Source of the DNA: a bacterium
GTDB lineage: Bacteria; SAR324; NAC60-12
Assembly (NCBI GenBank): GCA_965209155.1
Contig: OZ242383.1
Span: 3,712,001 to 3,776,000 of the forward strand
DNA length: 64,000 nt
Direction: 5' to 3'
Positions 16,785-27,586 of this stretch are shown here, in pieces (position 1 is the stretch's first letter; the number at the start of each line of letters is the position of its first letter). The notes beneath the pieces are model-generated. The model saw only the letters and a program-made list of their open reading frames with translations, did no database searches and was not told the DNA's origin. Position numbers and translations under genes: made by a program.

Positions 16785-18287
16785 TCAGGCCTTCCAATTG
16801 TTAACGAAATCTATCAATAACCTCACTCCCACTCCAGTTGCTCCGGAACCGGGCAGGTAATCGATTCCTTTAACGTTCCAGGCTGTCCCTGCAATATCCA
16901 AATGAACCCAAGGCGTTTTTTCCACAAAATTTTTTAAAAACAACCCCCCCGTGATAACACCTGCCGCTGGTCCACCGATATTTTGCAAATCCCCATATTT
17001 CCCCTTAAGCGCTTCTTCATATTCCGAGAAATTGGGCAAGGGCCAGATTCGGTCACCACTGGATTGCCCTGCAGTGACCACTTTTTGGCAAAGCGCGTCG
17101 TCATTACTGATTGCTGCGGAAGCATAGGACCCCAGCGCTATGACGCAAGCACCCGTTAAGGTAGCTAAATCAATCATAGCGCTTGGTTGGAATTTTCGAG
17201 CTACGTAGGTCAGCGCATCTCCCAAAATCAAACGACCTTCCGCGTCTGTATTGAGAATTTCCACCCTCTTGCCTGCGTAGGACTTCACGATGTCTCCTGG
17301 ACGTTGCGCCCGTCCACCGGGAAGGTTTTCAGAGGTTGGCACCACTCCAATTACGTTGAATTTAGGCTGCAAACTGCCAACTGCTTTCATTGCGCCCAGA
17401 ACTGCGGCTGCCCCACACATGTCAAACTTCATCTCATCCATGTTTTTGCCTGGTTTGAGCGAAATCCCACCCGAATCGAAAGTGATGCCCTTGCCAATAA
17501 AGGCAATGGTATCCTGGGGATTTTTATGCCTGTACTCCAAAATGATCAATTTCGCAGGTTCACTGGATCCCTGGCTCACTCCGAGCAACATACCCATACC
17601 AAGCCTGGCCATATCCTCTTCCTCAAGCACGTTAATCGCCAACTTGTGTTCCCGAGCCACTTGCTGAGCATATTCTACCATTGCAGTTGGAGTGAGATCA
17701 TTGGGAGGCGTGTTGCCCAATGTCCTCGCGAAATTGGTGGCCTCTGCTCGAATCTGACCGGCTTGTACCGCTTTTCTGTCCGAAGTCTTCAAGGGATCGT
17801 AAATCGTTATATTCGCCGATTTGGGTTGCTTGTCCTCCGGGTTCCGGCTTTTATAGGTTTTGAATTCATAAGCCCCCAGCGCAATTCCTTCTGAGAGCGC
17901 CGTTCCTGCGACGGACTTGAGCGTCTTTTTCAAAAACGAGGGAAGTTGGAGACTGAGTTGGCTCAGTTTCAATTCCAATAGTTTTTTGCCGACTTTTCCA
18001 CCTGCGCGGCGTAGCCCTTCCAAGTCGATTTCTGTCTTTGCTCCCAATCCAATCAGCAATATGCGAGGAATTTCGGGAGTACCGGATAGCAATACTCGCG
18101 ATTCTCCTTTTTTCCCGGAAAAATCATCCAATTCGATCAATGTCCGGATTGATGTTTGAACAGACTTTGGCAGTAGATTCAGTTCGCTCATAACGCCAGT
18201 GCCTTTTGCTTTGGAAGAAAATAATATCAAACACTCGGTCTTTGCTTTGTTAACCGGCTGAGTCTTGTATTCAAATGTGATATCCAT
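16785..18287 (-). CDS. pepA: Leucyl aminopeptidase (M17)
   Basis: GKGITFDSGGISLK, MKFDMCGAA, NTDAEGRL, DLATLTGAC, WVHLDIAG. Confidence 0.97.
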   Translation of the reverse strand: MDITFEYKTQPVNKAKTECLILFSSKAKGTGVMSELNLLPKSVQTSIRTLIELDDFSGKKGESRVLLSGTPEIPRILLIGLGAKTEIDLEGLRRAGGKVGKKLLELKLSQLSLQLPSFLKKTLKSVAGTALSEGIALGAYEFKTYKSRNPEDKQPKSANITIYDPLKTSDRKAVQAGQIRAEATNFARTLGNTPPNDLTPTAMVEYAQQVAREHKLAINVLEEEDMARLGMGMLLGVSQGSSEPAKLIILEYRHKNPQDTIAFIGKGITFDSGGISLKPGKNMDEMKFDMCGAAAVLGAMKAVGSLQPKFNVIGVVPTSENLPGGRAQRPGDIVKSYAGKRVEILNTDAEGRLILGDALTYVARKFQPSAMIDLATLTGACVIALGSYASAAISNDDALCQKVVTAGQSSGDRIWPLPNFSEYEEALKGKYGDLQNIGGPAAGVITGGLFLKNFVEKTPWVHLDIAGTAWNVKGIDYLPGSGATGVGVRLLIDFVNNWKA

Positions 18288-18427
18288 AAGTACCTGTTTT
18301 GAGGTTTCAAAATGTCGATTGATCTACACCAGGATCAAATGATATATAGAAGTGCCCGTAACAGACAAGTTAAAATTACGAAACTCTCAGGGATTTTTGC
18401 TCTTTTCCTTGTTGCAGACAGGATTAT

Positions 18428-19129
18428 TCATTCTGCTACTTCAAGGGCAATTTCTATCATACCAGTCAAGGCGGTTTGTCGAGCTTCTGGTGATTCTGAT
18501 TCTTTAGTAATCAGATTGTCACTGACTGAAAGGATGGTCAAAGCGTTGACGTTGAACCTGGCGGCCAGGGTATAGAGCGCTGCCGTTTCCATTTCAATTG
18601 CGAGGACTCCATAGGCTGCCCAAGGTTTCCAATGATCCGGATTGTCGTGATAAAACCAGTCGCTGCTCAGGATATTGCCGACTTTCGCGTCAACACCTTT
18701 TTGTGAAGCTACATCAACTGCCTTTTTGAGCAAATCATAACTGGCGGAAGGCGCGTAATTTCCTCCCGGAAAACGTATGTTGTTCATGTTGGAATCCGTC
18801 GATGCGCACATGGCTAACAATATGTCTCGTAAATGCAGATTCCCCTGAATCGCTCCGCAGGTGCCGATTCGTATTAAGTTGGTAACGCCATAGGAGGAGA
18901 TCAGTTCGTTGACGTAAATGGAATGGGAAGGCAGTCCCATCCCGGTTCCCTGGACAGACACTTTTTTTCCTTTGTAGGTACCGGTAAACCCATACATCCC
19001 TCGAATTTGGTTGTAGCACACGGCATTTTCCAGCATCGACTCCGCTACGTACCTGGCTCGCAAAGGATCTCCCGGAAGTAATACGGTTTGGGCTATGTCT
19101 CCGGGTTTGGCGCCAATGTGAATGCTCAT
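18428..19129 (-). CDS. deoD: Purine-nucleoside phosphorylase
   Basis: [39 protein letters not shown]. Confidence 0.96.
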   Translation of the reverse strand: MSIHIGAKPGDIAQTVLLPGDPLRARYVAESMLENAVCYNQIRGMYGFTGTYKGKKVSVQGTGMGLPSHSIYVNELISSYGVTNLIRIGTCGAIQGNLHLRDILLAMCASTDSNMNNIRFPGGNYAPSASYDLLKKAVDVASQKGVDAKVGNILSSDWFYHDNPDHWKPWAAYGVLAIEMETAALYTLAARFNVNALTILSVSDNLITKESESPEARQTALTGMIEIALEVAE

Positions 19130-19257
19130 TTTCAGTGCTTCTCTTCAATGAGTTGTCTAATTTTTACGAATGCGATAAATTCAGGAAAAATATAAAGGAG
19201 ACTTTTAGGAATGGCAAGAGGATTGTCAGCAACGCATAACAAGTGAATGGAGCGTTT

Positions 19258-20154
19258 ATGAATATCTTGATAACCGGTTCTTCGGGTTTGGTAGGTGCGC
19301 GCTTGGTTACTTCTCTTGCTGAAAACGGGCACTCCGTATCTTGCTTGGTACGCACTTCTGAAAACATGAGATCCCATGATTTTTATTGGAACCCGGCTCA
19401 AGGAGTTTTGCCGGTAGAACACCTGGAAGGTCTTGATGCTGTTGTTCATTTAGCTGGCGAGAGCATCGCTGGAGGACGATGGACGCAAACGAAGAAATCC
19501 CGGATATTATTCAGTCGCGCAAACAGCACTCGGCTATTGTGTGAAACGTTGCTTGCTTTAAAACATCCCCCCCACACGCTGATTTCGGCCTCGGCAATGG
19601 GTTATTACGGTCATCGGGGGAAGGAAGTTCTGGAAGAAACCAGTGTTGCCGGTACCGGCTTTCTTGCTGATGTGGCAAAACAATGGGAAAAGGCTACCAT
19701 ACCTGCCCGGCAGGCCGGCATTCGTGTCGTCCTGTTGCGCTTTGGTATGATTCTTAGCACGGATGGTGGTGCTCTGAAAAATATGCTGATTCCATTTCGA
19801 TGGGGTTTGGGAGGACGAATTGGAGAGGGTGGGCAGTATATGAGCTGGATTACGTTGGAAGACGTCATGTCCGTGATTGCCCATGTCCTGAAAACAAAAA
19901 AACTGCAAGGGCCGGTCAACGTGAGTACGCCGCATCCTGTCACGAATCTCGAATTCACAAAAATTCTGGGGCGCATCCTGGGGCGTCCGACGATTTTTCC
20001 CGTACCCACTCCCCTGGTACGACTGGCATTGGGGGAAATGGGAATCGAACTTTTCCTTGCCAGCATCCGCATGCAGCCGAAATGCCTGTTGGAAATTGGT
20101 TTTGGCTTTCGATACCCGGACCTCGAAGCCGCTTTGCGAAATTTGTTAAAATGA
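19258..20154 (+). CDS. TIGR01777/YfcH-like NAD-dependent epimerase-family oxidoreductase
   Basis: ILITGSSGLVG, HLAGESIAGGRWT, LGGRIGEGGQYMSWI, GFGFRYPDLEAAL. Confidence 0.9.
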   Translation: MNILITGSSGLVGARLVTSLAENGHSVSCLVRTSENMRSHDFYWNPAQGVLPVEHLEGLDAVVHLAGESIAGGRWTQTKKSRILFSRANSTRLLCETLLALKHPPHTLISASAMGYYGHRGKEVLEETSVAGTGFLADVAKQWEKATIPARQAGIRVVLLRFGMILSTDGGALKNMLIPFRWGLGGRIGEGGQYMSWITLEDVMSVIAHVLKTKKLQGPVNVSTPHPVTNLEFTKILGRILGRPTIFPVPTPLVRLALGEMGIELFLASIRMQPKCLLEIGFGFRYPDLEAALRNLLK

Positions 20155-20181
20155 TTTGAACCAGAAGATCGAGGATTCAAA

Positions 20182-21363
20182 ATGGCTGGGAGCATTCGAG
20201 TTGTGCCAGGGTATTCCTGGTTCGGAAAAAATATAGGAATCAAGGACGAATCCCTGGATTTTGGGGGGATTCTTGCTTCGAAACCCTGTCAGGCTGCAGG
20301 TCTGTTCACACGCAATTCCATGCCTGGAGCCCCTGTTCTGGTAGGGAAAGAACATCTTGCTGATGGGCTCTTGCAGGCAATCATCGTCAATTCAAAAAAT
20401 GCGAATGTGGCCACAGGAGAACGAGGTATCCAAGACTGCAGGACCTTGTGCCAATGGATTGCGCAGGTTTTAAATATTACCCCGCAACTGATTCTTCCCT
20501 CTTCCACCGGGGTGATTGGCCAATACCTGAACATGGAAACGTTCAGGGACGCCTGTCGAACCTTGCCCTCGGATTTCGGCCAGACTCCACAACACGTCGA
20601 AGACTTTGCTCGAAGCATCATGACCACCGATACGCGACCCAAATGGACCAGCGCCACCCTCAATGGTGCGACCTTGCTGGGGGTGGCTAAAGGCGCCGGT
20701 ATGATCGAACCGAATATGGCTACCATGCTGTGTTATTTTATGACGGACGCTGAGATCGAGGCGTCTCTCTTACAACCGATGCTGCAACGCGTGGTCCAGC
20801 GATCCTTCAATCGCATCTCCATCGATTCCGATATGTCAACCAGCGATACCGTAGTGATCCTGTCGAACGGATTGGCCGGGAGAGTCGATCTGGATATTTT
20901 TGAATCAGCATTGGCGGAAATGGCAATTTTTCTGGCAAAAGAATTGGTGCGTGACGGAGAAGGCGTCAGTAAATTGATTGAATTAACGATTTCTGGAGCT
21001 GCCTCTGCTGATCAAGCGCTATTGACGGCAAAGTCGGTGATCAATTCTCCCTTGGTCAAAACGGCGATTTATGGAGCGGATCCGAATTGGGGACGTTTCA
21101 TCATGGCCATTGGAAAAGTATTCCAGTACACAGTAAAGCTGGAGGATTTGAAGATCTTCTTTGGAACGGGTTCTCAACGACTCGGTATCGATGCTCAAAA
21201 AATCAACGAAGACGTCGTTCCTTTGACTGAAATTTCAGAAATGCTTGAAAAGGAAGAGATTCAAATTGAAATTTCGTTGGGATGTGGGCCACATTCAGAA
21301 AGAGTGTGGGGCTGTGACCTGACTGAGAGTTATGTGGAAGTAAATGCCTGTTATACGACTTGA
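20182..21363 (+). CDS. argJ: Ornithine acetyltransferase / N-acetylglutamate synthase
   Basis: NSKNANVATG, STGVIG, IMTTDT, AKGAGMIEPNMATML, DSDMSTSD, RDGEG, DPNWGR. Confidence 0.94.
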   Translation: MAGSIRVVPGYSWFGKNIGIKDESLDFGGILASKPCQAAGLFTRNSMPGAPVLVGKEHLADGLLQAIIVNSKNANVATGERGIQDCRTLCQWIAQVLNITPQLILPSSTGVIGQYLNMETFRDACRTLPSDFGQTPQHVEDFARSIMTTDTRPKWTSATLNGATLLGVAKGAGMIEPNMATMLCYFMTDAEIEASLLQPMLQRVVQRSFNRISIDSDMSTSDTVVILSNGLAGRVDLDIFESALAEMAIFLAKELVRDGEGVSKLIELTISGAASADQALLTAKSVINSPLVKTAIYGADPNWGRFIMAIGKVFQYTVKLEDLKIFFGTGSQRLGIDAQKINEDVVPLTEISEMLEKEEIQIEISLGCGPHSERVWGCDLTESYVEVNACYTT

Positions 21364-21484
21364 ATTGTCGTCTTGACCGGCAACGGAGGGGCATTGGATC
21401 GCTGGAGCTTAAGGCAGCGCATTAAGAACCTGTTTGAAAGTCATTTAATTGCTCAATATCCGCAGGGTCTTCAGGAAAAATGCT

Positions 21485-22534
21485 TCACAAGGTCCGGGGA
21501 TCAATGGAGACCCAACGCTGTTCAGCAGCAGCTTTGTTGATTGCTTCCATCACATAACTACGGTAGGCGGCTTCGCGGACGCTGACCAGGGGTTCGGTAT
21601 GGTTGCGAACAACGGCGTTCATAAAAAGATCGAGCGGCGAGGGCATGACTTCGGGTAAGTCGGTCCACGGTTGCTTTCCGTCTGCGCACGGCATATCCTT
21701 GATCAGGAGGAAGAGATCATTTTGGGTATCGTGGTGCGGCGTTCCGGCAGTCCCGCGTATTTGAGCGTGTCCCCCGGTTCCACTGATGATCAACGAGGTC
21801 GGTTCCACCCAATCAAGCCAGCCCGCGGCAATACTGGCCAGGGTGCCATTATCGAAGCGCAGGAGGGCTTCCCCGCATTCTTCACAATCGGGATACTTCT
21901 TCAAGGGCCGGGTGAAGACGGCCGTAACCGCCTCCAATTCAGCAAGATCGTCCATCAGGTAAAGAAGCAGGTCCAACAGGTGAGTGCCCAAGTCACCAAA
22001 AGCGCCGACTCCCGCTCGAGCAGGGTCGGTCATCCAGAGCCAATCCGAATGGAAGATGTCGTTGAAAATCGCCGTCGTTCCGAAATCCAGTCGCACCCGG
22101 CTGATTTTGCCGAATCTGCATTCTTTCATCAATTGTCTGAGGAATCGATGTTCCGGGAGGTATCGCTTGAAATAGCCTGTTTGGAAAATCACGTTCGCCT
22201 CTTCCAGGGCTTGCTTCATCTTCTTTCCGTCCGCCAGTCCCATTGCCAACGGTTTCTCCACGAAACAGTGCTTTTTCGCCTCCGCTATTTGCAGGACCAG
22301 TGACTGGTGGAGATTGGTTTGCGATAAAACCACAACGGCCTCCAAGTCCGGGATGTTGAGCAGTGACGAGACCTCCGACATGGAACGACAGTGGAGTTTG
22401 TCGGCGTATTTTTGCGAGATGGCGGGATCAGGATCCCAAACGGCCACTACCTCCACGTCGGAGCGTGCGCCCATTATTTCGGAAAAACCAGGCGTGTGAA
22501 TATGACTCGCCCCCAGGAGCGCAAATTTTTTCAT
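21485..22534 (-). CDS. Gfo/Idh/MocA family oxidoreductase
   Basis: KHCFVEKPLA, GVGAFGDLGTHLLD. Confidence 0.88.
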   Translation of the reverse strand: MKKFALLGASHIHTPGFSEIMGARSDVEVVAVWDPDPAISQKYADKLHCRSMSEVSSLLNIPDLEAVVVLSQTNLHQSLVLQIAEAKKHCFVEKPLAMGLADGKKMKQALEEANVIFQTGYFKRYLPEHRFLRQLMKECRFGKISRVRLDFGTTAIFNDIFHSDWLWMTDPARAGVGAFGDLGTHLLDLLLYLMDDLAELEAVTAVFTRPLKKYPDCEECGEALLRFDNGTLASIAAGWLDWVEPTSLIISGTGGHAQIRGTAGTPHHDTQNDLFLLIKDMPCADGKQPWTDLPEVMPSPLDLFMNAVVRNHTEPLVSVREAAYRSYVMEAINKAAAEQRWVSIDPRTL

Positions 22535-22786
22535 GAGTAAATTCCTTCAAATAGTTTGGATAAAAAATCAAGGTCTCTTGAAAAATAAAAAGTATCCAGA
22601 TATTTTTCAATACGAAGTTCACGAGTTGCCATAGATCTCGGCTAAAACAACTTCCAAAGACCTCGGAGGGATTGAAGCAAAAGACCAGGGACAAAGCCGG
22701 TGAAGTGGAGACTTGAAAATTCGGGAGTAAAATAAATTTTGAAAAAAAGTATCTGTAAATTCAGTAGAATCGAGGCGTAAAATCAC

Positions 22787-25291
22787 ATGAAAGCAGTTCT
22801 GAAATGGCTGGCGTGGGCGTTGTTCACCCTTCTGGGTCTGGTTGTGGTGGCAGCCCCCAGTTTTTATTTCTGGCTTCGTGGTTCACTCCCCGAGATCAAT
22901 GGCGAGCGAACTCTGGCTGGTCTTGTTGAACCCGTGGAGGTGGTGCGAGACGAGTTCGGGGTTCCTCATATAATGGCTGAAAACGAGGAGGACGCTCTTT
23001 TCGCGCTTGGTTTTGTGCATGCTCAAGATCGTCTCTGGCAGATGGAAATGAATCGACGCATTGGCGCAGGGCGCCTTTCCGAAGTACTTGGTTCGCCTGC
23101 CCTCGAAACCGATCGCCTGCTGAGGGTGCTTGGACTCTATCACCGTGCGGAGGCTTCACTGGAACACTTCAGTGCGCATTCGAACCGTAAACTCGCTGCC
23201 TACGTTCATGGAGTGAACGCATGGCTCGAAACCCGAGAAGGACCATTGCCACCCGAATTTCTGATTCTCGGCTTCGAACCGGAACCCTGGAGCGCTGCCG
23301 ATTCGGCAGTATGGCCCAAAGTGATGTCCCTTGACCTCGCGCGAGAATGGACACGCGATCAAATGCGTTTCCGACTTTCCAAATTACTCACGCCAGAGCA
23401 GATTCTCGATTTCTATACGCCCTATCAGTCAGACAAACCGAGGGGAGTTGTTCCTGAAGTATCGGACTCTTCATCTGTACCCTTGTGGGAAAGCGATGAA
23501 TCGTCCCCGGAAAAAAGTTCGATTGCGTGGTTTGCACCGGGTTATCCCGGGACAGAGCTGGGCGATATGCCATCTTCCGAGCATTTTATCTCCCAAATGC
23601 TGTCCGCGTTTCCACCGCCTGGAGGTCATTCCGGTTCCAATAGTTGGATAGTCGACGGGAGACGAAGCTCCACAGGCAAACCCCTCCTGGCAAATGATCC
23701 CCACTTGGGACTCACGGCGCCTTCGGTCTGGTACCTGGTACACCTTTCCTGGCCTGGCCACGAGCTTGTCGGCGCGACTTTTCCCGGCATGCCGGTGGTG
23801 GTCCTCGGACACAATGGTCACATCGCTTGGGGATTCACCAACACGGGACCGGACGTGCAGGACCTGTTCATGGAAAAAATCGATCCATCCGATCGGTTGC
23901 GTTACCAGACTCCCAATGGATGGCGCAAGTTTGAAGTGCGTCGGGAGCGCATACGGGTCAAAAACAGTGAAGACGTATTGCTGGACGTGCGTCATTCAAG
24001 GTACGGTCCCATTCTCGACGACGCCTTGGCCGGACCATCCGACGACGATGATACCGGGCAAGTATTCGCGCTATCATGGACTGCGCTTCGTGAAGACGAC
24101 CTCACTCTACAGGCCGGTCTCGGACTGCCAAAAACGCGCGACTGGGAAAGCTTTGTGAGCAACATGCGAGACTTTCATTCTCCGCAACTGAATATCAGTT
24201 ACGCCGATGTACACGGCAACATCGGGTTTCTCGCTCCCGGACTGGTTCCGATACGGAGAGAAAAAAGTGAGCACCGCAGAGGAATGATGCCTCGGCCAGG
24301 GTGGGAAGAAGGCTTCGAATGGCAAGGATTCGTACCCTTCGAAGAATTGCCTCGGGTCTACAACCCTGCAGGTGGTGTAATCTTCAGCGCAAATCACCAG
24401 ATCGTCTCCGACGATTATCCTCATCATATGACCTTCGAATGGGCAGGGGGATACCGGGCGCAGAGAATCATGGAATGGCTCGAGTTGCGCGAAAAACACG
24501 ATTTGGAGAGTTTTCGAGACTTGCAGCAGGATCGGTTGTCCTTTTTCGCAAAAACGATCCTCCCTCGCTTGCGGCGGGTGGATATAGGAAAGGATGCGAC
24601 TCAATTGACCTCAGACGCGCATGAACTGCTCCATGGATGGGAGGGGACAATGGATCCACTCCGTCCGGAACCGCTCATTTTTCACGCCTGGATCTGGGAA
24701 TTCGGTCGTCTTGTTTCCGCGGACGAATTGGGCTCATTCCAGCAAAAGGCCTGGAGACGACAAGGACCTTTCATCCAACGAATTCTTCAAGAGCGGGAAA
24801 GCTGGTGTGACGACCGTGAGAGCGAGGCAATCGAAACCTGCGAGCAAATGCTCAGCCGGTCGCTCGCAGTTGCCATGGAACGAATCGCTCGCGATCATGG
24901 AACCGACCCCAATGCCTGGAGTTGGGGTAAAGAACACGTCGTAGTATCGGAACACCGGCCATTTGGAAATACGCCGCTGGCCCCTCTTTTCAACTTGAGT
25001 GGCAGCGCTCCTGGCAGTATCTACAGCGTCAATGCATTCGGATTCAGCCCTCTTCAAGACGAGCAACCTTTCACCAGCAACCATGGACCGGGTTTCAGGG
25101 CCATCTACGACCTCGGCAACCTCGATCGTTCGCTTTTCATCCTTTCAACGGGTCAATCGGGAAACGTGCTGACGTCTCTCTATCACAACTTGGAGAAGCT
25201 CTGGCTGAAGGGTGAGTACATCACCATCCCCACGGATCGCGCTGAATTTGAAAAAAATGCGCGGGGTCATCTTCGCCTCGTTCCACCCTGA
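22787..25291 (+). CDS. Penicillin acylase family Ntn hydrolase with N-terminal membrane anchor
   Basis: RDEFGVPHI, GFVHAQDRLWQME, GSNSW (catalytic Ser), LANDPHL, GQSGN. Confidence 0.93.
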   Translation: MKAVLKWLAWALFTLLGLVVVAAPSFYFWLRGSLPEINGERTLAGLVEPVEVVRDEFGVPHIMAENEEDALFALGFVHAQDRLWQMEMNRRIGAGRLSEVLGSPALETDRLLRVLGLYHRAEASLEHFSAHSNRKLAAYVHGVNAWLETREGPLPPEFLILGFEPEPWSAADSAVWPKVMSLDLAREWTRDQMRFRLSKLLTPEQILDFYTPYQSDKPRGVVPEVSDSSSVPLWESDESSPEKSSIAWFAPGYPGTELGDMPSSEHFISQMLSAFPPPGGHSGSNSWIVDGRRSSTGKPLLANDPHLGLTAPSVWYLVHLSWPGHELVGATFPGMPVVVLGHNGHIAWGFTNTGPDVQDLFMEKIDPSDRLRYQTPNGWRKFEVRRERIRVKNSEDVLLDVRHSRYGPILDDALAGPSDDDDTGQVFALSWTALREDDLTLQAGLGLPKTRDWESFVSNMRDFHSPQLNISYADVHGNIGFLAPGLVPIRREKSEHRRGMMPRPGWEEGFEWQGFVPFEELPRVYNPAGGVIFSANHQIVSDDYPHHMTFEWAGGYRAQRIMEWLELREKHDLESFRDLQQDRLSFFAKTILPRLRRVDIGKDATQLTSDAHELLHGWEGTMDPLRPEPLIFHAWIWEFGRLVSADELGSFQQKAWRRQGPFIQRILQERESWCDDRESEAIETCEQMLSRSLAVAMERIARDHGTDPNAWSWGKEHVVVSEHRPFGNTPLAPLFNLSGSAPGSIYSVNAFGFSPLQDEQPFTSNHGPGFRAIYDLGNLDRSLFILSTGQSGNVLTSLYHNLEKLWLKGEYITIPTDRAEFEKNARGHLRLVPP

Positions 25292-25479
25292 GCGATTTAT
25301 CCGGGCTTTTGAGTGCTGCTCAAAAAGAGTTTATTGTTTCACCTCTTTCATTGTTTTTTTACTAAATTGTCTCTTGACCTCCCTCAATAACTTGGGTATT
25401 TCTAACAGGTGAATTTTATAAATCGTTTCCACGCAATGAACGGGAACGCATTGGTTGATCTTACCCATCAGCCGGAATT

Positions 25480-26040
25480 TTAATCTCTTCGGGTCTAATT
25501 CCCCGAAGCTTGCTTCGCTTTTTCGTGTGGTGTATTTTCGCTCTCATGAGCGAATATATCCACAAAAGTCATAACGTTTCGGTATTATTGTACCATTTGG
25601 TTTGTCCGGCTAAATACCGTCGAGTAGTGTTCACCGATGAGGTGGATATGACTCTAAAAGAGATTAGCTTGGAAATTGCTCAGCGTTACGAGATTGCATT
25701 TATTGAGATAGGAACAGATCGGGATCATGTCCATTTCTTGATCCAATCAGTCCCTTCATATAGTCCAACAAAGATTGTAAAGACAGTCAAAAGTATTACA
25801 GCTAAAGAAATTTTCAAAAGAGTGCCCTCCATCAAAAAGCAGCTATGGGGCGGCGAATTCTGGTCAAAGGGATACTTCATCAGCACTGTTGGGCGACATG
25901 CTGCAAGCGAAGATGCTATTCGCCAGTATGTAAAAAATCAAGGTTCTGAAAACGAGTATCAAAAGCTCCATCATCAGCAATTAGAGTTGGAGTTGTGCTG
26001 AGTTCCGATACCCCGTAGCTCTGCTGCGGGGTAGTTCATT
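25480..26040 (+). mobile_element. IS200-type insertion sequence (tnpA only); boundaries approximate
   Basis: Y1 transposase with subterminal hairpins: left ccccgaagc-tt-gcttcg (~25501-25517), right taccccgtagc-tct-gctgcggggta (26009-26033). No tnpB. Confidence 0.85.
25546..26001 (+). CDS. tnpA: IS200/IS605 family Y1 transposase
   Basis: YHLVCPAKYRR, DHVHFL (HUH), WGGEFWSKGYFISTVG, IRQYVKNQ (catalytic Tyr). Confidence 0.95.
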   Translation: MSEYIHKSHNVSVLLYHLVCPAKYRRVVFTDEVDMTLKEISLEIAQRYEIAFIEIGTDRDHVHFLIQSVPSYSPTKIVKTVKSITAKEIFKRVPSIKKQLWGGEFWSKGYFISTVGRHAASEDAIRQYVKNQGSENEYQKLHHQQLELELC

Positions 26041-26065
26041 TGTTTAATTGAAGGAGGACTTTCAA

Positions 26066-27586
26066 ATGAAAATCATGTCAAAATCGATTTCCCGGATATT
26101 AACGGGCATAGTAATGGTAGCGTTCGTTTTCGTCGGCGGCAGTAGCTTCGCGGAGTCAGTGGAAATGACAATCATTCACTTCAACGATCTGGACCGTATG
26201 GAAGAAAGCGGAGGGCAAGGCGGTGTCGCCCGCCTTGCCGCCCTCATCAAATCCGAACGGGCGAACAAAGAGAACGTTTTGGTCACTTTTGCAGGAGACA
26301 CGATTTCCCCGTCCCTCATGTCGGGTTTCGATAAGGGAGCTCACATGATCGAACTCCTGAACAAGCTCGACCTGACGGCAATGGCGATCGGCAATCACGA
26401 GTACGATTTTGGACCGGAGGTTGCCAAGCAACGTTTTGCGGAAGCGAACTTTCCGATTCTTGGCGCGAACAGTATCGATACGGACGGTGAAATCATCGAT
26501 GGCGCAGAGGCTTCGATCATGGTCGACGTTGGCCCTTTCAAGGTTGGAATCTTTGGACTGACGACCCTCGGTACCGCCGTCAAATCCAGTCCGGGTGGAG
26601 TCACGTTCCGTTCAGTCGAGGAAGTGGCAGCGGAACAAGCGGCAGTCCTGCGTGAAGCGGGCGCCCACCTGGTCATCGCGCTGGCTCACACTGACGTCTC
26701 GGAAGATGAAGCGCTGATAAAGCAGGGCGCAGTGGACATGTTGCTCAGTGGTGACGATCACATGCTACGGGTGGACTTCGATGGGGACGTACTTTTCGCC
26801 GAATCGAGCGAACAGGCGGACTGGGTCACCATGATCGACGTTTCGTTGGATGAGGTGGAACGGCGGGGAAGCATGCGCTTCACCTGGAGTCCTTCCATTC
26901 GTATCATCGACACGGCACGCGTCGAACCGGATGCGGAATTGGCAGCAGCAGCTCAGGTTTATCTCGATAAACTTTCCGTGGAACTCGACATAGAAATCGG
27001 GACGACCACCACGGAGCTTGACAGCCGTCGCGCAACCATCCGTGGAAAAGAAGCCGCCATTGGCAACCTGATTGCCGACGCCATACGGATGGCAACCGGC
27101 GCAGACGTGGGACTTGCTAACGGGGGCGGCATTCGCGCCAATAAGATTTATCCACCCGGAACCATGCTGACGAGACGAGACATTCTGAGCGAACTGCCAT
27201 TCGGAAATAAAACAATCGTCATGGAGCTGTCGGGGCGAGACATTGTCGCGGCGTTGGAAAACGGTCTGAGCCAGATCGAAGAGGGAGCCGGTCGATTTCC
27301 CCACGTGTCCGGTCTCAACGTTGTCTACGATCCCGGAAAACCGGCTGGTGAGCGGGTAGTGGAAGTCGAATATGCCGGTATGGCACTCGACCTCGACGCA
27401 ACCTATACCTTGGCGACCAACAATTACGTGGGTAGTGGTGGCGACGGTTTCGACGTTTTCGTAGACAAGAAACGATTGATAGACGCCAACGCGGGAACCT
27501 TGATGGCATCGCAAGTGATTGAATACATTGCCTCGCAAGGTTCTGTCGCTCCTATGGTGGAAGGTCGCCTGCGAACGGTTCAATAG
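26066..27586 (+). CDS. Exported bifunctional metallophosphatase/5'-nucleotidase
   Basis: AGGAGG RBS, signal peptide, IHFND, AGDTISPS, GNHEYDFG, NGGGIR, LPFGN. Confidence 0.92.
   Translation: MKIMSKSISRILTGIVMVAFVFVGGSSFAESVEMTIIHFNDLDRMEESGGQGGVARLAALIKSERANKENVLVTFAGDTISPSLMSGFDKGAHMIELLNKLDLTAMAIGNHEYDFGPEVAKQRFAEANFPILGANSIDTDGEIIDGAEASIMVDVGPFKVGIFGLTTLGTAVKSSPGGVTFRSVEEVAAEQAAVLREAGAHLVIALAHTDVSEDEALIKQGAVDMLLSGDDHMLRVDFDGDVLFAESSEQADWVTMIDVSLDEVERRGSMRFTWSPSIRIIDTARVEPDAELAAAAQVYLDKLSVELDIEIGTTTTELDSRRATIRGKEAAIGNLIADAIRMATGADVGLANGGGIRANKIYPPGTMLTRRDILSELPFGNKTIVMELSGRDIVAALENGLSQIEEGAGRFPHVSGLNVVYDPGKPAGERVVEVEYAGMALDLDATYTLATNNYVGSGGDGFDVFVDKKRLIDANAGTLMASQVIEYIASQGSVAPMVEGRLRTVQ

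Noticed and set aside
21421..21445. taagaacctgtttgaaagtc as a possible IS5-like terminal remnant
   Set aside because: No partner end or transposase was found, and it is too short to support.
26002..26065. tnpB/omegaRNA accompanying tnpA
   Set aside because: The right-end hairpin directly follows tnpA, leaving no room for tnpB.
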